From: Candidatus Omnitrophota bacterium
Lineage (GTDB): Bacteria > Omnitrophota > Gorgyraeia > JABMRG01 > JAFGKX01
NCBI GenBank assembly: GCA_043797125.1
Contig: JAZDPX010000045.1
Location: 8,338-72,337, forward strand
DNA: 64,000 bases
Reading direction: 5' to 3'
The number at the start of each line of letters is the position of its first letter. Positions within the stretch are counted from its first letter, which is position 1. The notes beneath the pieces were generated by a model that had not been told where the DNA came from, made no database searches, and saw only the letters and a program-made list of their open reading frames with translations. This document shows, one piece after another, positions 37,458 to 47,268 of this stretch. The position numbers were made by a program, and so were the translations under genes.

Positions 37458-38696
37458 TTAAAATAACTCCAGCTGCTTCTCCCTAATCTGCTCCAATTCC
37501 CCTTCCTTAAAAATCTTCACAGTGCCGTAGACGCCGTCGTATCCCGGCTCTATATTAAGTTCGCCGTTACGTGCCTTAATAATAGCTCTCGCAGTAGATT
37601 CCGGCAGTTTCTCTTCAATGTCTTTTTCATCAGCATCCAGCAATATGGCGAACTCGCTTCCGAAATGCGCCACCGCAGACATATATTCCTGCTCAACTGC
37701 CTTTGTGTTAACGCCTTTTTGCTGCGCCTCCGCTATTATCTCAACCAGCGGCACAAGGTTCTTATAGGGTATCGCGTTCTTCGGGATAAAACCTTCTTCT
37801 CTATCCGCAAGCTCATCAACCCTGTTCATTACCCCGACCGTAAGAGGCTTACCGCACTTGGGGCATCTTTGATTATGCTGCTTTGTTTCCTTGGGCGTTA
37901 ATCTTACATCACACATCCTGTGCCCATCAAGGTGATATTTACCTTCTTCGGGATAAAACTCGACTGTAAATAAAAATTTGGATTTATCTTTTTTCTTCAG
38001 CGCGTCCGTAATTGCATTATAGCTTAATTCGCAGCCAAAAACATTCACTTCCCTGCCTAATTTTATCGGCGAATGCGCGTCCGAATTTGATATAAGCGCG
38101 TATTTATCCAAAGAGCTCAAGCGCCAGTTCATCGCGGGGTCCGAGCTTAAACCTGTTTCCAGGGCAAAAATATTTTTTGCCTCCTCCTCAAAACATTCCT
38201 CAACCGAATCAAAACCCGAATTAGAACCAAACACGGAAAACCACGGAGTCCACGCGTGCGCCGGTATAACCATACATTTATCCGAAGCGTCAAGGCAGAT
38301 CTTCACTATATCCTTTACATCAAATCCGAATATCGGCCTGCCATCGGAGGTGATATTGCCTCTGTTTGACAGCTTTTTGTTTATCTTTTCCGCTGTTTCG
38401 AAATCCGGCGCAAATATGATTGTGTGTATTCTTCTGCCTTCGTTGTTTTTAGAATACATGTTGCTTACTTCAGCGGTAAGCATAAACTTTACGCCGTTAT
38501 ATTCGTAAAATCCTCCGGATGTTGGTTTTAATTTGCTCTTTAATTCCTCAAGCCACAAATGGTGGGTGAAATCGCCCGTGCCTATTAAGTCGATGCCTTT
38601 TAATTTGGCCCACCGGGCAATATGCTCGACATCCATATCTTTGCTCGTTGCCCGGCTGCATTTTGAGTGAATGTGCAGGTCTGCTATGGTTCTCAA
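37458..38696 (-). CDS. PHP-domain phosphoesterase with C-terminal zinc-finger, endonuclease Q (EndoQ)-like
   Basis: N-terminal PHP motif IADLHIHSKCSRATS. C-terminal HRMC...CPKCGKPL zinc-ribbon-like segment. Size (about 410 aa) and architecture match EndoQ/TIGR00375-type proteins. The functional call is tentative. Confidence 0.5.
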   Translation of the reverse strand: MRTIADLHIHSKCSRATSKDMDVEHIARWAKLKGIDLIGTGDFTHHLWLEELKSKLKPTSGGFYEYNGVKFMLTAEVSNMYSKNNEGRRIHTIIFAPDFETAEKINKKLSNRGNITSDGRPIFGFDVKDIVKICLDASDKCMVIPAHAWTPWFSVFGSNSGFDSVEECFEEEAKNIFALETGLSSDPAMNWRLSSLDKYALISNSDAHSPIKLGREVNVFGCELSYNAITDALKKKDKSKFLFTVEFYPEEGKYHLDGHRMCDVRLTPKETKQHNQRCPKCGKPLTVGVMNRVDELADREEGFIPKNAIPYKNLVPLVEIIAEAQQKGVNTKAVEQEYMSAVAHFGSEFAILLDADEKDIEEKLPESTARAIIKARNGELNIEPGYDGVYGTVKIFKEGELEQIREKQLELF

Positions 38697-39184
38697 ATAT
38701 TAATGCCTTCTAAGGCTTTTCTAATCGCTGCCTCAACAAAGCTTGCGTTATCCACCTTGCCTTGCTGTATATTAAAGTTGGATATTTTAAACGCTTTTCT
38801 TTGCTTAAAGGCGTCTACCATCGTATTTACACACTTTTTCACACCTGTGCCAGAGCCGTAAGTTGTAAAACATATTGCGTCTTTGCCGTCAAGGCCTCCT
38901 AATTTATCCAAAAAAGTATTTACCGCCGGGGCCGGGGCAAATGCCCAGACAGGGGTGCCTACACAGATTACATCATAATCTGTTATATTAACCCCTTCAT
39001 CCGGCAAGGACGCTCTTTTTCTTCTAAATGCGCGCACGCATTGGGCAAAGAAGTTTACGGATTCGTCTGTCGGCTCAAGCCGCCACGTAGCGACTTCGCA
39101 CTTTACGCTTAATATATCTTCCAAAGCTTTAGCTATCTTTTGGGTATTACCTGTGTATGAGTAATATGCTATTAGGGCTTTCAT
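38693..39184 (-). CDS. Flavodoxin
   Basis: MKALIAYYSYTGNTQKIAKALE... (FMN-binding T/SxTGxT loop). Length 163 aa. Confidence 0.8.
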   Translation of the reverse strand: MKALIAYYSYTGNTQKIAKALEDILSVKCEVATWRLEPTDESVNFFAQCVRAFRRKRASLPDEGVNITDYDVICVGTPVWAFAPAPAVNTFLDKLGGLDGKDAICFTTYGSGTGVKKCVNTMVDAFKQRKAFKISNFNIQQGKVDNASFVEAAIRKALEGINI

Positions 39185-39199
39185 ATTAATCCGTTCTAT

Positions 39200-39225
39200 G
39201 TAGCGGAGCCTTAAGGCTCCGCTAC
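39200..39225. repeat. Palindromic element copy G (core only) between pyrC and flavodoxin gene
   Basis: GTAGCGGAGCCTTAAGGCTCCGCTAC followed by tgttttcattg, a divergent flank. Confidence 0.9.
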
Positions 39226-39230
39226 TGTTT

Positions 39231-40511
39231 TCATTGCTTATAGAGTATTTTTCCGTTACAGATTGTCATTACAACGCAGCCTTTAAATTCTCTGCCGATA
39301 AAGGGCGAGTTTTTTGATTTGGAAAGTATGCTATCTTTGGTAAATTTCCATTCTTTTTCAGGATCTATTATAACAATGTCGGCATCGGCGCCTGGCGATA
39401 ACCTTCCTTTGTTTTTGAGCCCCAAAATCTCTGCGGGCGCAAAAGACATCTTTTTAATCACGTCTTCCCATTTGAGAAATTTTTTATCTATTAACTCTGC
39501 CGCAGCCAGACCAAGCGCTGTCTCAAGCCCTATCATTCCGAAGGCAGCGATATCAAACTCAACATCCTTATCTGCCTCTGTATGCGGGGCATGGTCTGTT
39601 GCAATAACATCTATTGTCCCGTCTTTTAAACCTTGTATTATGGCGCTTCGGTCTTGTTCTGCGCGCAGCGGCGGGTTTACCTTTGTGTTTGTGTTAAAAT
39701 CTTTTACTTCTTCGTCGGTAAGCGTAAAATAATGAGGGCATGTTTCAGCTGTTACATTTATGCCTTTTTCTTTGGCCTGCCTTATAATCTGGACCGATTC
39801 CCTGGTGGATACGTGCGCAATGTGAATTTTCGCCTTTGCAAAATCCGCCAGCGCAATATCCCTTGCCACGATGCTGTATTCCGAAATATTCGGTATCCCG
39901 CGCAAGCCAAGCAGGGTCGATGTGAAGCTTTCGTTCATAACGCCTGCCTGCGACAATCTAAGGTCCTCGCAATGCGATATAACAAGCATACCAAACATCT
40001 TTGAATACTCAAGCGCCTTTCTCATAAGCTGCGCGTCTTTTACGGAAAAACCGTCGTCTGAAATCGCCACAGCGCCCGCTTCTTTCATGTCAGCTATCTC
40101 TGCTAAATCCTCGCCAAGGCGAGCCTTTGTTATTGCCCCGATAGGGAATATATTCACGCTCGCGTTTCGTTTTGACTCGGATATAATATATTCAATCGCC
40201 CCCCTGTTATCGCATGCGGGCTCGGTGTTGGGCATCGCGGCTACGCTTGTAAAGCCTCCTTTTGCCGCGGCCCTTGACGCGCTTAAAAAATCTTCCGCAT
40301 CTTCCCTGCCCGGCTGCCTTAAGTGCGTGTGCATATCAAAAAACCCCGGGCCGGCAATCTTGCCGTCGGCATCTATAAGCTGTGCCTCCTTGTCTTTTAT
40401 ATCCTTGTCTACCTTTAGTATCTTGCCGTCTTCTATTAGTATATCCGAGAGCCTGTTTATTTTATTGGCAGGGTCTATAACCTTAGCGTTTTTTATTAAT
40501 AGCTTCGTCAT
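39231..40511 (-). CDS. pyrC: Dihydroorotase
   Basis: [12 protein letters not shown] metal-binding motif. Amidohydrolase fold. Length 426 aa. Confidence 0.9.
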   Translation of the reverse strand: MTKLLIKNAKVIDPANKINRLSDILIEDGKILKVDKDIKDKEAQLIDADGKIAGPGFFDMHTHLRQPGREDAEDFLSASRAAAKGGFTSVAAMPNTEPACDNRGAIEYIISESKRNASVNIFPIGAITKARLGEDLAEIADMKEAGAVAISDDGFSVKDAQLMRKALEYSKMFGMLVISHCEDLRLSQAGVMNESFTSTLLGLRGIPNISEYSIVARDIALADFAKAKIHIAHVSTRESVQIIRQAKEKGINVTAETCPHYFTLTDEEVKDFNTNTKVNPPLRAEQDRSAIIQGLKDGTIDVIATDHAPHTEADKDVEFDIAAFGMIGLETALGLAAAELIDKKFLKWEDVIKKMSFAPAEILGLKNKGRLSPGADADIVIIDPEKEWKFTKDSILSKSKNSPFIGREFKGCVVMTICNGKILYKQ

Positions 40512-41431
40512 GGTTTTGTACCTAAAAGCAAAAACAACACAGCCATGCGCACGGCAATGCCGTTTGTCACCTGATTTAATATAACGGAATATTCTCCGTC
40601 AGCAACCTCGGGAGATAATTCAAGCCCGCGGTTTATGGGCCCGGGATGCATAATCAGAACATCCCTTTTCGCGTATTTTAATTTTTCAGCGTCAATGCCG
40701 AATTTCATCATATACTCTCTTGTTGACGGGAAAAATTTATCTTTCTGCCTTTCCAGTTGTATGCGCAATATGTTTATGGCGTCCGCGCTTGCTATGGCGT
40801 CCTTAATATTTGTGGTAACATTAACGCCCATCTTTTCTATTTCCGCCGGCATAAGCGTGGACGGGCCGCAGACAGTAACCTTTGCGCCTAATTTGGTCAG
40901 GCCCCATATATTGGAGCGCGCTACTCTTGAATGCATGATGTCGCCTATAATAGAGACGTTCAAACCCGCTATGCGTCCTTTCTTTTCCTTAATGGTAAAA
41001 ATATCCAGAAGCCCCTGCGTAGGATGTTCGTGCGAACCATCGCCTGCGTTTATTACGCTGGGCACAAGCACTTTTGATAAAACGCTGGCAACGCCTGACG
41101 ATGAATGCCTTATGACAATAGCGTCTATCTTCATTGCCTCTATGTTTTTAACTGTATCTTTTATTGTTTCGCCTTTTTTAAGGCTGCTTGTGTTCGCTGC
41201 CACAGATAGCGTATCTGCGGAAAGCCTTTTTGCCGCAAGCTCAAATGACGTGCGCGTGCGCGTGCTCGGCTCGAAAAACAGCATGACCACGGTTTTGCCT
41301 CTTAGGGTGGGCACCTTTTTAATGGGGCGTTCGGATATTTCCTTGAAGGAGGTAGCGGTGTTTAATATGAGATTGATTTCATCTACGCTTAAGTCTTCTA
41401 ATCCTAATAAGTCTTTTCTCTGCCATTTCAT
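40508..41431 (-). CDS. pyrB: Aspartate carbamoyltransferase catalytic subunit
   Basis: [15 protein letters not shown] and HPGP motifs. Confidence 0.9.
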   Translation of the reverse strand: MKWQRKDLLGLEDLSVDEINLILNTATSFKEISERPIKKVPTLRGKTVVMLFFEPSTRTRTSFELAAKRLSADTLSVAANTSSLKKGETIKDTVKNIEAMKIDAIVIRHSSSGVASVLSKVLVPSVINAGDGSHEHPTQGLLDIFTIKEKKGRIAGLNVSIIGDIMHSRVARSNIWGLTKLGAKVTVCGPSTLMPAEIEKMGVNVTTNIKDAIASADAINILRIQLERQKDKFFPSTREYMMKFGIDAEKLKYAKRDVLIMHPGPINRGLELSPEVADGEYSVILNQVTNGIAVRMAVLFLLLGTKP

Positions 41432-41973
41432 TGCTTCTCACCTAACACAACTTCGTCTTTACCGTCGCATTCTTCTAATCTTACTTCCACCGCTTCTTTT
41501 TCAGATGTTGGGATATTTTTCCCGACATAATCAGGCCTTACGGGAAGCTCCCTGTGGCCCCTGTCTATAAGCACCGCCAGCTGTATGGACTTCGGCCTTC
41601 CAAAATCTATAATTTCATCAAGGGCGCAGCGTATGGTCCTTCCCGTATAAAGCACGTCATCTACAAGAACAATGTGCTTGGCGGTTACATCAAAATCTAT
41701 CTTGGTCTGGCGCACAATAGGTTGCTGCGCGACCGTGGTTAAATCATCTCTATATAATGTAATGTCCAGCACGCCAAAAGCTATTTTCTCTTTTTGTTTT
41801 TCCTCGATAACCGTTGCTATCCTTTTACCCAGATGCTCTCCCCTGTTTCTTATGCCTATAATAGCGACGTCTGTTGTCTTTTTATTATGCTCTATTATCT
41901 CGCAGGCTATGCGCACAAGCGCCTTGGATATGGCTTCTTTATCCATAATCTTTGATTTTTCTTTGATGGTCAT
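41428..41973 (-). CDS. pyrR: Bifunctional pyrimidine operon regulator / uracil phosphoribosyltransferase PyrR
   Basis: PRTase motif [12 protein letters not shown]. Length 181 aa. First gene of the pyr cluster. Confidence 0.9.
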   Translation of the reverse strand: MTIKEKSKIMDKEAISKALVRIACEIIEHNKKTTDVAIIGIRNRGEHLGKRIATVIEEKQKEKIAFGVLDITLYRDDLTTVAQQPIVRQTKIDFDVTAKHIVLVDDVLYTGRTIRCALDEIIDFGRPKSIQLAVLIDRGHRELPVRPDYVGKNIPTSEKEAVEVRLEECDGKDEVVLGEKQ

Positions 41974-42105
41974 TGTAGAGATCCCTCGTCGCGGAGTTTA
42001 CCCCGAACCTTTATGGTTCGGGGCTCCTCGGGATTTAATTCGCAGACGGCCCCGAGGTATCGGGGCCTATGTTTTACATAGCTTACGCTATGTAAAACAT
42101 CTGCT
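41974..42105 (-). promoter_or_regulatory. Structured pyr-operon leader with candidate PyrR-binding element
   Basis: Minus strand contains three consecutive hairpins: ATGTTTTACATAGC-gtaa-GCTATGTAAAACAT, GGCCCCGA-tacc-TCGGGGCC, and CCCCGAACC-ataaa-GGTTCGGGG. The segment aaaUCCCGAGGAGCC between them resembles the PyrR-box core UCCnGnGAGG. SD gaggga precedes pyrR. Confidence 0.4.
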
Positions 42106-42107
42106 CA

Positions 42108-42150
42108 TTAAAAAAATACCCACCTTTGAATCGTGGTGGGTCTGTTTGTT
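42108..42150 (-). terminator. Rho-independent terminator downstream of lpxA (hairpin CCCACC(ACG)-attcaaa-GGTGGG followed by a U-run on the minus strand); also terminator-like on the plus strand
   Basis: Plus strand reads aaaaaaataCCCACCtttgaatcgtGGTGGGtctgtttgttt. The reverse complement gives the stem plus tattttttt. Confidence 0.6.
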
Positions 42151-42249
42151 TACGCTACTGCTCATTTTTCCCTTTCCCAGCCTCTCTGGACCGAGTTAAA
42201 AGGTTTAAGTTTAATTGTCTTCATAATATATCATATGCCGTCGATTTTG

Positions 42250-43056
42250 TCAAGCGGAACCTACCCTTTGGTTCCGGCCAAGGGTGTTTTTTGGGGCGAT
42301 ACCGCGTTTTGACGCTTTTATAAACTCGACTACAGAAATTATTTCTTTCGAATCAAACCGAGCCTCCAACTCTTTTAATGCGTTGGTGGTGTTAAGCCCA
42401 GATGTATATATTATTTTATATGCCTGCCTTATCTGATTTTTTATGTCTTGCGAAAACCCAGCCCGTTTTATGCCTACGACATTATATGAATCCACAACAT
42501 CGGTTGTCTGCGTCAGCATAAAGGGGGGTATGTCCTGTTTTACTCTTATGCCGCCGCCTATCATTGCAAGGGAGCCTATCCTTACAAACTGGTGTATTAC
42601 ACAGCCGCCTGATATAAATGCCCTGTCCCCTACTTCAACATGCCCTGCTAAAAGCGTGTTGTTGCAGACAACTACATTATTGCGGATATTGCAATCATGC
42701 GCTATGTGCGAAAGCGCCATAAAATAATTATCATTACCTATAATTGTGGCTGCGCCCGGCTTTGCTGCGCGGTGGGCTGTCGCATATTCCCTGAATGTAT
42801 TCCTGTCGCCGACTTTTAAGAAACCTTCGGTGCCTTTTTTATACGAGAGGTCCTGCGGCTCACCGCCCAAACTGACGTTATTGTATATGCGGCAGTCCTC
42901 ACCTATCGTAGTGCCCGTATATATGAAACTTGAAGCGCCTATTTTTGTGCCCTTGCCTATATTCACCCCGTCTTCAACAACCACGTACGGGCCTATTTCA
43001 ACGGTTTGGGCTATTTTCGCTTTTTTTGATACTATTGCGGTTTTGTGAATGCTCAT
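42250..43056 (-). CDS. lpxA: Acyl-ACP--UDP-N-acetylglucosamine O-acyltransferase
   Basis: Hexapeptide-repeat left-handed beta-helix of LpxA length (268 aa). N-terminus is MSIHKTAIVS...AKIAQTVEIGPYVVVEDGVNIGKGTKIG. Confidence 0.8.
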   Translation of the reverse strand: MSIHKTAIVSKKAKIAQTVEIGPYVVVEDGVNIGKGTKIGASSFIYTGTTIGEDCRIYNNVSLGGEPQDLSYKKGTEGFLKVGDRNTFREYATAHRAAKPGAATIIGNDNYFMALSHIAHDCNIRNNVVVCNNTLLAGHVEVGDRAFISGGCVIHQFVRIGSLAMIGGGIRVKQDIPPFMLTQTTDVVDSYNVVGIKRAGFSQDIKNQIRQAYKIIYTSGLNTTNALKELEARFDSKEIISVVEFIKASKRGIAPKNTLGRNQRVGSA

Positions 43057-43082
43057 GGTTCGTATTGCCTATCTGCTGGTAG

Positions 43083-43120
43083 GTAGCGGAGCCTTAAGGC
43101 TCCGCTACTTGTGTGGATAA
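43083..43120. repeat. Palindromic element copy H (core 43083-43108 + ttgtgtggataa) between rsmI and lpxA
   Basis: Read from the sequence. Confidence 0.9.
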
Positions 43121-43795
43121 CTATGCCTTTAAGTTTACAAGTATTACAAATTCTCCGCGAGGCTTATTGTGCGTAAAATGCTCAAGCGCTTCTTTTACCC
43201 TGCCGCGCTTTATTTCCTCAAATTTTTTCGTAAGCTCGCGCGCGCATACTATATTTATATCGCCGAATATATCCAGCATGTCGGCGAGGCATTTTAATAT
43301 TCTGTGCGGCGATTCGTAAAAAATCATTGTGCGCTTTTCGTCCCTCAGGGCATTGAGCCTTTTTCTTCTCGCCGCGGACTTGTTGGGTAAAAATCCCTCA
43401 AAAGTGAACCTATCTGTCGCGAGGCCCGAAACAACCAGCGCGGATATTATCGCGCTCGCGCCCGGGATAACGGTTACATTGATATTGTTCTCTATCGCGT
43501 CCTTTACTACTTTATAACCGGGGTCGTTTATCCCCGGGGTACCCGCGTCCGAAACCAAAGCGACAGACTTTCCAGTTTTCAGAAGATCGATTATGTATTG
43601 CGTCTTCTTGGCCTGGTTATATTCGAAATAGCTGGTCGTCGCGGTTTTAATATCAAAGTGCGCCGTAAGTTTTTTTGTGTGCCTTGTATCCTCGCAGGCG
43701 ATTAAATCGACTTGTTTAAGCGTGTCTATGGCCCTTAGCGTGATATCTTTTAGATTGCCTATCGGCGTTGCTACTATAAAAAGCGTGCCTGTCAT
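43121..43795 (-). CDS. rsmI: 16S rRNA (cytidine1402-2'-O)-methyltransferase RsmI (tetrapyrrole-methylase fold)
   Basis: MTGTLFIVATPIGNLKDITLRAIDTLKQVDLIACEDTRHTKKL. Confidence 0.85.
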   Translation of the reverse strand: MTGTLFIVATPIGNLKDITLRAIDTLKQVDLIACEDTRHTKKLTAHFDIKTATTSYFEYNQAKKTQYIIDLLKTGKSVALVSDAGTPGINDPGYKVVKDAIENNINVTVIPGASAIISALVVSGLATDRFTFEGFLPNKSAARRKRLNALRDEKRTMIFYESPHRILKCLADMLDIFGDINIVCARELTKKFEEIKRGRVKEALEHFTHNKPRGEFVILVNLKA

Positions 43796-45621
43796 TCTAC
43801 TGTGACCGATTTCGCCAGATTTCGCGGCTGGTCAACGTCGCGTTTATTTTTTACGGCAATATAATAAGCCAGAAGCTGCAGGCACAAAGCCACGGGGACA
43901 GGCGAAAACAGCTCGTCTATCTGCGGCGTGTATATTGTATAATCGGAGTGGTCTTTTATCCTCTGGTCGCCTTCCGTGGCAATGGCTATCACTATGCCGC
44001 CTCTTGCCTTTATCTCCTGAATATTTGAAACCATTTTATCGTAAACAGGCGAAGCTGTCGCGATGCATACAACAGGCATGTCCTTGTCAATAAGTGCTAT
44101 TGGCCCGTGCTTCATTTCTCCTGCGCCGTAACCTTCCGCGTGGATATAAGAAATCTCTTTAAGTTTAAGCGCACCTTCCAGCGCATTGGGAAAATTGAGG
44201 TTTCTGCCCAAATACAGAAAGCAGTTTTTGCCGTGATGGTCTTTGCTTACTTTTAAAATAACTTTCTGGTTGTTTAAAATATCCGTCAGAATTTTCGGCA
44301 AAAGGCTCATCTTCTTAAGCATCTCTTTTGCCCTTTGTTGGGTTAAAGTCTTTTTTAATACGCCCAGATATATCGCAAAAAGATATAAAACGCAAAGCTG
44401 CGCCGTATACGCCTTGGTGGAGGCTACTCCTATCTCCGGGCCTGCGTGGGTATATATAACCCCGTCCGATTCTCTCGTTAGTGTAGAGCCCAGGACATTC
44501 ACCATGGAAAGCACGCTTGCGCCCAATTTTTTCGCTTCTCTTATTCCCGCTATTGTGTCGGCGGTCTCGCCGGACTGGCTTATGGAAATTACGAGAGTGT
44601 TTTTTGCAAGAACCGGATTTCGGTACCTGAACTCGCTTGATACATCGGCTGACACCGGTATCTTTACCAGTTTTTCGAGAATATATTTGCCGCATAGGCC
44701 CGCATGGTATGCCGTGCCGCAGGCAACAATGGAAATGTTTTCTATCTTGCGTAATTTGCTGTCGGGGATGTTTAACTGCTCAAAATACACCGACTCTTTG
44801 CCCTGCGAAACCCTGTGATTCAGTATGCCCTCGATAACGGCGGGCTGCTCGTTTATCTCTTTTAGCATAAAATGGGGATAGCCCCCCTTTTGCGCCTGCG
44901 AAACATCCCAGTTTATTTTTGCCGGCGCTCTTTTTACCGGGCGGCCGCCTATAGTGGTTATTTTCACTTTATCTTTATCGAGCACCACCAGTTCGTTGTC
45001 CTCCAGAAAGATGACGTCCTTTGTGTGATTTAATATCGCGGTAACATCGCTTGCGATAAAATTTGCGCCTTCCGATATCCCCACGACAAGAGGGCTCTGG
45101 TATCTTGCGCCTATCAGTTTTTCAGGCGAACGCGCTGATATCACCCCGAGGGCGAAAGACCCTCTAATTTCTCTTAACGCCGCGCGGACAGCCGCCTCTA
45201 AATCATCCTGATAAAACTTCTCTATCAGGTGCACTATGACCTCCGTGTCCGTCTGGGAGGTAAATCTATGCCCTTCTTTTAGAAGAGCGTCTTTTAAGGC
45301 CTCATAATTTTCTATTATGCCGTTGTGCACAACCGCTATTTCGCCACTGCAGTCTGTGTGGGGATGCGCGTTATTCTGGTTTGGGGCTCCGTGCGTAGCC
45401 CAACGGGTATGGCTTAAGCCGATATTTCCTTTAAGAGGTTTTCTTTTAAGAAGCGCTTCGAGAACGGATATCTTGCCCTTTTGTTTGCGCAGGGATACCT
45501 TACCCTTAATAATGGTAGCCATGCCCGCGGAATCATAACCGCGGTATTCAAGCTGTTTGAGGCCTTCCAAAAGAATAGGTTGGGCCGCATCTGTTCCTAT
45601 GTATCCGATTATTCCGCACAT
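43792..45621 (-). CDS. glmS: Glutamine--fructose-6-phosphate aminotransferase
   Basis: N-terminal MCGIIGYIG (Ntn Cys) and two SIS domains. Length 609 aa. Confidence 0.95.
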   Translation of the reverse strand: MCGIIGYIGTDAAQPILLEGLKQLEYRGYDSAGMATIIKGKVSLRKQKGKISVLEALLKRKPLKGNIGLSHTRWATHGAPNQNNAHPHTDCSGEIAVVHNGIIENYEALKDALLKEGHRFTSQTDTEVIVHLIEKFYQDDLEAAVRAALREIRGSFALGVISARSPEKLIGARYQSPLVVGISEGANFIASDVTAILNHTKDVIFLEDNELVVLDKDKVKITTIGGRPVKRAPAKINWDVSQAQKGGYPHFMLKEINEQPAVIEGILNHRVSQGKESVYFEQLNIPDSKLRKIENISIVACGTAYHAGLCGKYILEKLVKIPVSADVSSEFRYRNPVLAKNTLVISISQSGETADTIAGIREAKKLGASVLSMVNVLGSTLTRESDGVIYTHAGPEIGVASTKAYTAQLCVLYLFAIYLGVLKKTLTQQRAKEMLKKMSLLPKILTDILNNQKVILKVSKDHHGKNCFLYLGRNLNFPNALEGALKLKEISYIHAEGYGAGEMKHGPIALIDKDMPVVCIATASPVYDKMVSNIQEIKARGGIVIAIATEGDQRIKDHSDYTIYTPQIDELFSPVPVALCLQLLAYYIAVKNKRDVDQPRNLAKSVTVE

Positions 45622-45638
45622 GTTTCGGTTATCAGTTA

Positions 45639-47234
45639 TCAGTTATCAGTTTTCCCTGACTTATACTCCAAAATGTATCTATATAGCTCAGGATCTGTTT
45701 CTTCCGTGGTTTTGGGGGCTACTATTACGTAAGAGATGCCCTGCTCCTTAAACATCTTTGTAAGATTCGGGGTATGAAACCCTCCCGCGATTAATACCGC
45801 TATGCTTTGGCCTTTTTCAGTCATAAGAGCTATTGTCTTTTGCAGAAAAATCTCGTCTCTTTTGTTCGCTATGTCATAAAAATCAACAAGCGTGGCGAGA
45901 TTACTATCCAGGATAGAAATATCTGCGGACAGGGATTCCTTTATATTATATTTATCCGCCATTTCTTTTAAAAACGGCATAGATGCCGATATCAAAAAGT
46001 CGTTTTTGCGCTCTTTGTAATATGTGAAGTCATCCGGAATCAGTTTCAGGTTCAGGAAATTCTCGAGAATCTTAAGCACCCTGGATATAACGAGCAGCTT
46101 TTTCTGCTCATCGGTTTTCGCCAATGCCTCTTTCAGGCTGTTTTCCAGAAGGTCGGCCTCTTTAAAGAGGGTGTTTGTGTTAATCTCTTCGTGGCTGGTC
46201 ACGTATTCCACATACTGAATGAGGCTTTTGTAGTCTTTCATATCGATATTTGCCTCTTTTGCCGCTTCCGTTAAATAGTTATGATATTCCGCGGGGCTCA
46301 CCTTGTTTAACCTGAATTCCAAAGACTTCGTAACAAGCGGGGTGAGCTTTTCCTTGCTAAGGAGCTTGGATAGTTTTTCAATAAGCTTTGCCCTCTCCGT
46401 CTCCACCTGCGCGAAATCTATTTTTTCCTCGAGCCTGGCGAGGGCGTTAAACTGGTTAAAATTGCCGTAGCCCGACGCGTCCAAGCGTATGGCCTTGGCC
46501 TGTTTTTCAAGATGGGTGTAAAATTCCGACAGGGTTATCTCTTCATCTTCGTATTCGGCGTGCTTTTTCTCAAGTTCTATCAAAGCGGCCGGGTATATCT
46601 TTAGTTTCAAGGCGTCCGCGGCGGCCTGGAGCTGGTTTGCTGTCTCTGTTCCTTTTTCCCTGAATTCCTCTATCTTAAAAAACGTATCTAAGTTCTGCCT
46701 GTATAAGGCCTCTTCCTCTATGCCCTGTATTTCCATGTCGTAATCCGAGATGATATTCAAATATTCTTCACCTGATATCTTACCTTCTTTTAAATACTCT
46801 TCCGCGACTTCTAAGCGGCGCTCCTTATCAGCGTAGCTGCGTAAATACGTAAGGCTTACATCGCCCCAGCCGCCCTCAACCATGATAAGCTTAAGGCCTT
46901 TGTCTTTAATAAGCCCTTCTATTATTTTGGAGGCGTTTTTTTGCGCTTCGTAATTCGTGTGTATATCCTGGATATGTATTACCACCTTTTCGGGATTTTC
47001 AACCGCCTTATACCCCTCGACTATATGCCCGTATCCCTCGGATATGTCCAGCAATATTGGCATGACATTTTTGGGGGGCGTGATAAGCGCGCCTGATTTT
47101 TCCTGCTGCTGTTTTGTTTCTTGGGCGGGTTTGGGCTTAAGAGGGCATGGTATTTTCCCTGTTAAGCACAGAAATGCCAATACGCAGACTGCCGATAACA
47201 AAAATACGACAATAATGGTCTTTTTCTTCAGCAT
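45639..47234 (-). CDS. Hypothetical membrane-anchored protein (N-terminal TM helix, no recognised domain)
   Basis: 531 aa. N-terminus is MLKKKTIIVVFLLSAVCVLAFLCLTG. Preceded by SD aggag and a candidate TTTACA-N16-TATAAT promoter at 47269-47296. Confidence 0.5.
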   Translation of the reverse strand: MLKKKTIIVVFLLSAVCVLAFLCLTGKIPCPLKPKPAQETKQQQEKSGALITPPKNVMPILLDISEGYGHIVEGYKAVENPEKVVIHIQDIHTNYEAQKNASKIIEGLIKDKGLKLIMVEGGWGDVSLTYLRSYADKERRLEVAEEYLKEGKISGEEYLNIISDYDMEIQGIEEEALYRQNLDTFFKIEEFREKGTETANQLQAAADALKLKIYPAALIELEKKHAEYEDEEITLSEFYTHLEKQAKAIRLDASGYGNFNQFNALARLEEKIDFAQVETERAKLIEKLSKLLSKEKLTPLVTKSLEFRLNKVSPAEYHNYLTEAAKEANIDMKDYKSLIQYVEYVTSHEEINTNTLFKEADLLENSLKEALAKTDEQKKLLVISRVLKILENFLNLKLIPDDFTYYKERKNDFLISASMPFLKEMADKYNIKESLSADISILDSNLATLVDFYDIANKRDEIFLQKTIALMTEKGQSIAVLIAGGFHTPNLTKMFKEQGISYVIVAPKTTEETDPELYRYILEYKSGKTDN

Positions 47235-47268
47235 GGGTTTCTCCTAAGAATAGTGTTGACGTTCGGTT

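Noticed and set aside
17687-43120. Could the recurring 26-nt palindromes be a CRISPR array?
   Set aside because: Copies are several kb apart. Each sits in a separate intergenic gap between housekeeping genes. They have no regularly sized spacers, and no cas genes are present. They behave like REP-type elements instead.
45622-45638. glmS ribozyme upstream of glmS
   Set aside because: Only a 17-nt gap separates glmS from the upstream gene. There is no space for the ribozyme, which needs about 150 nt.
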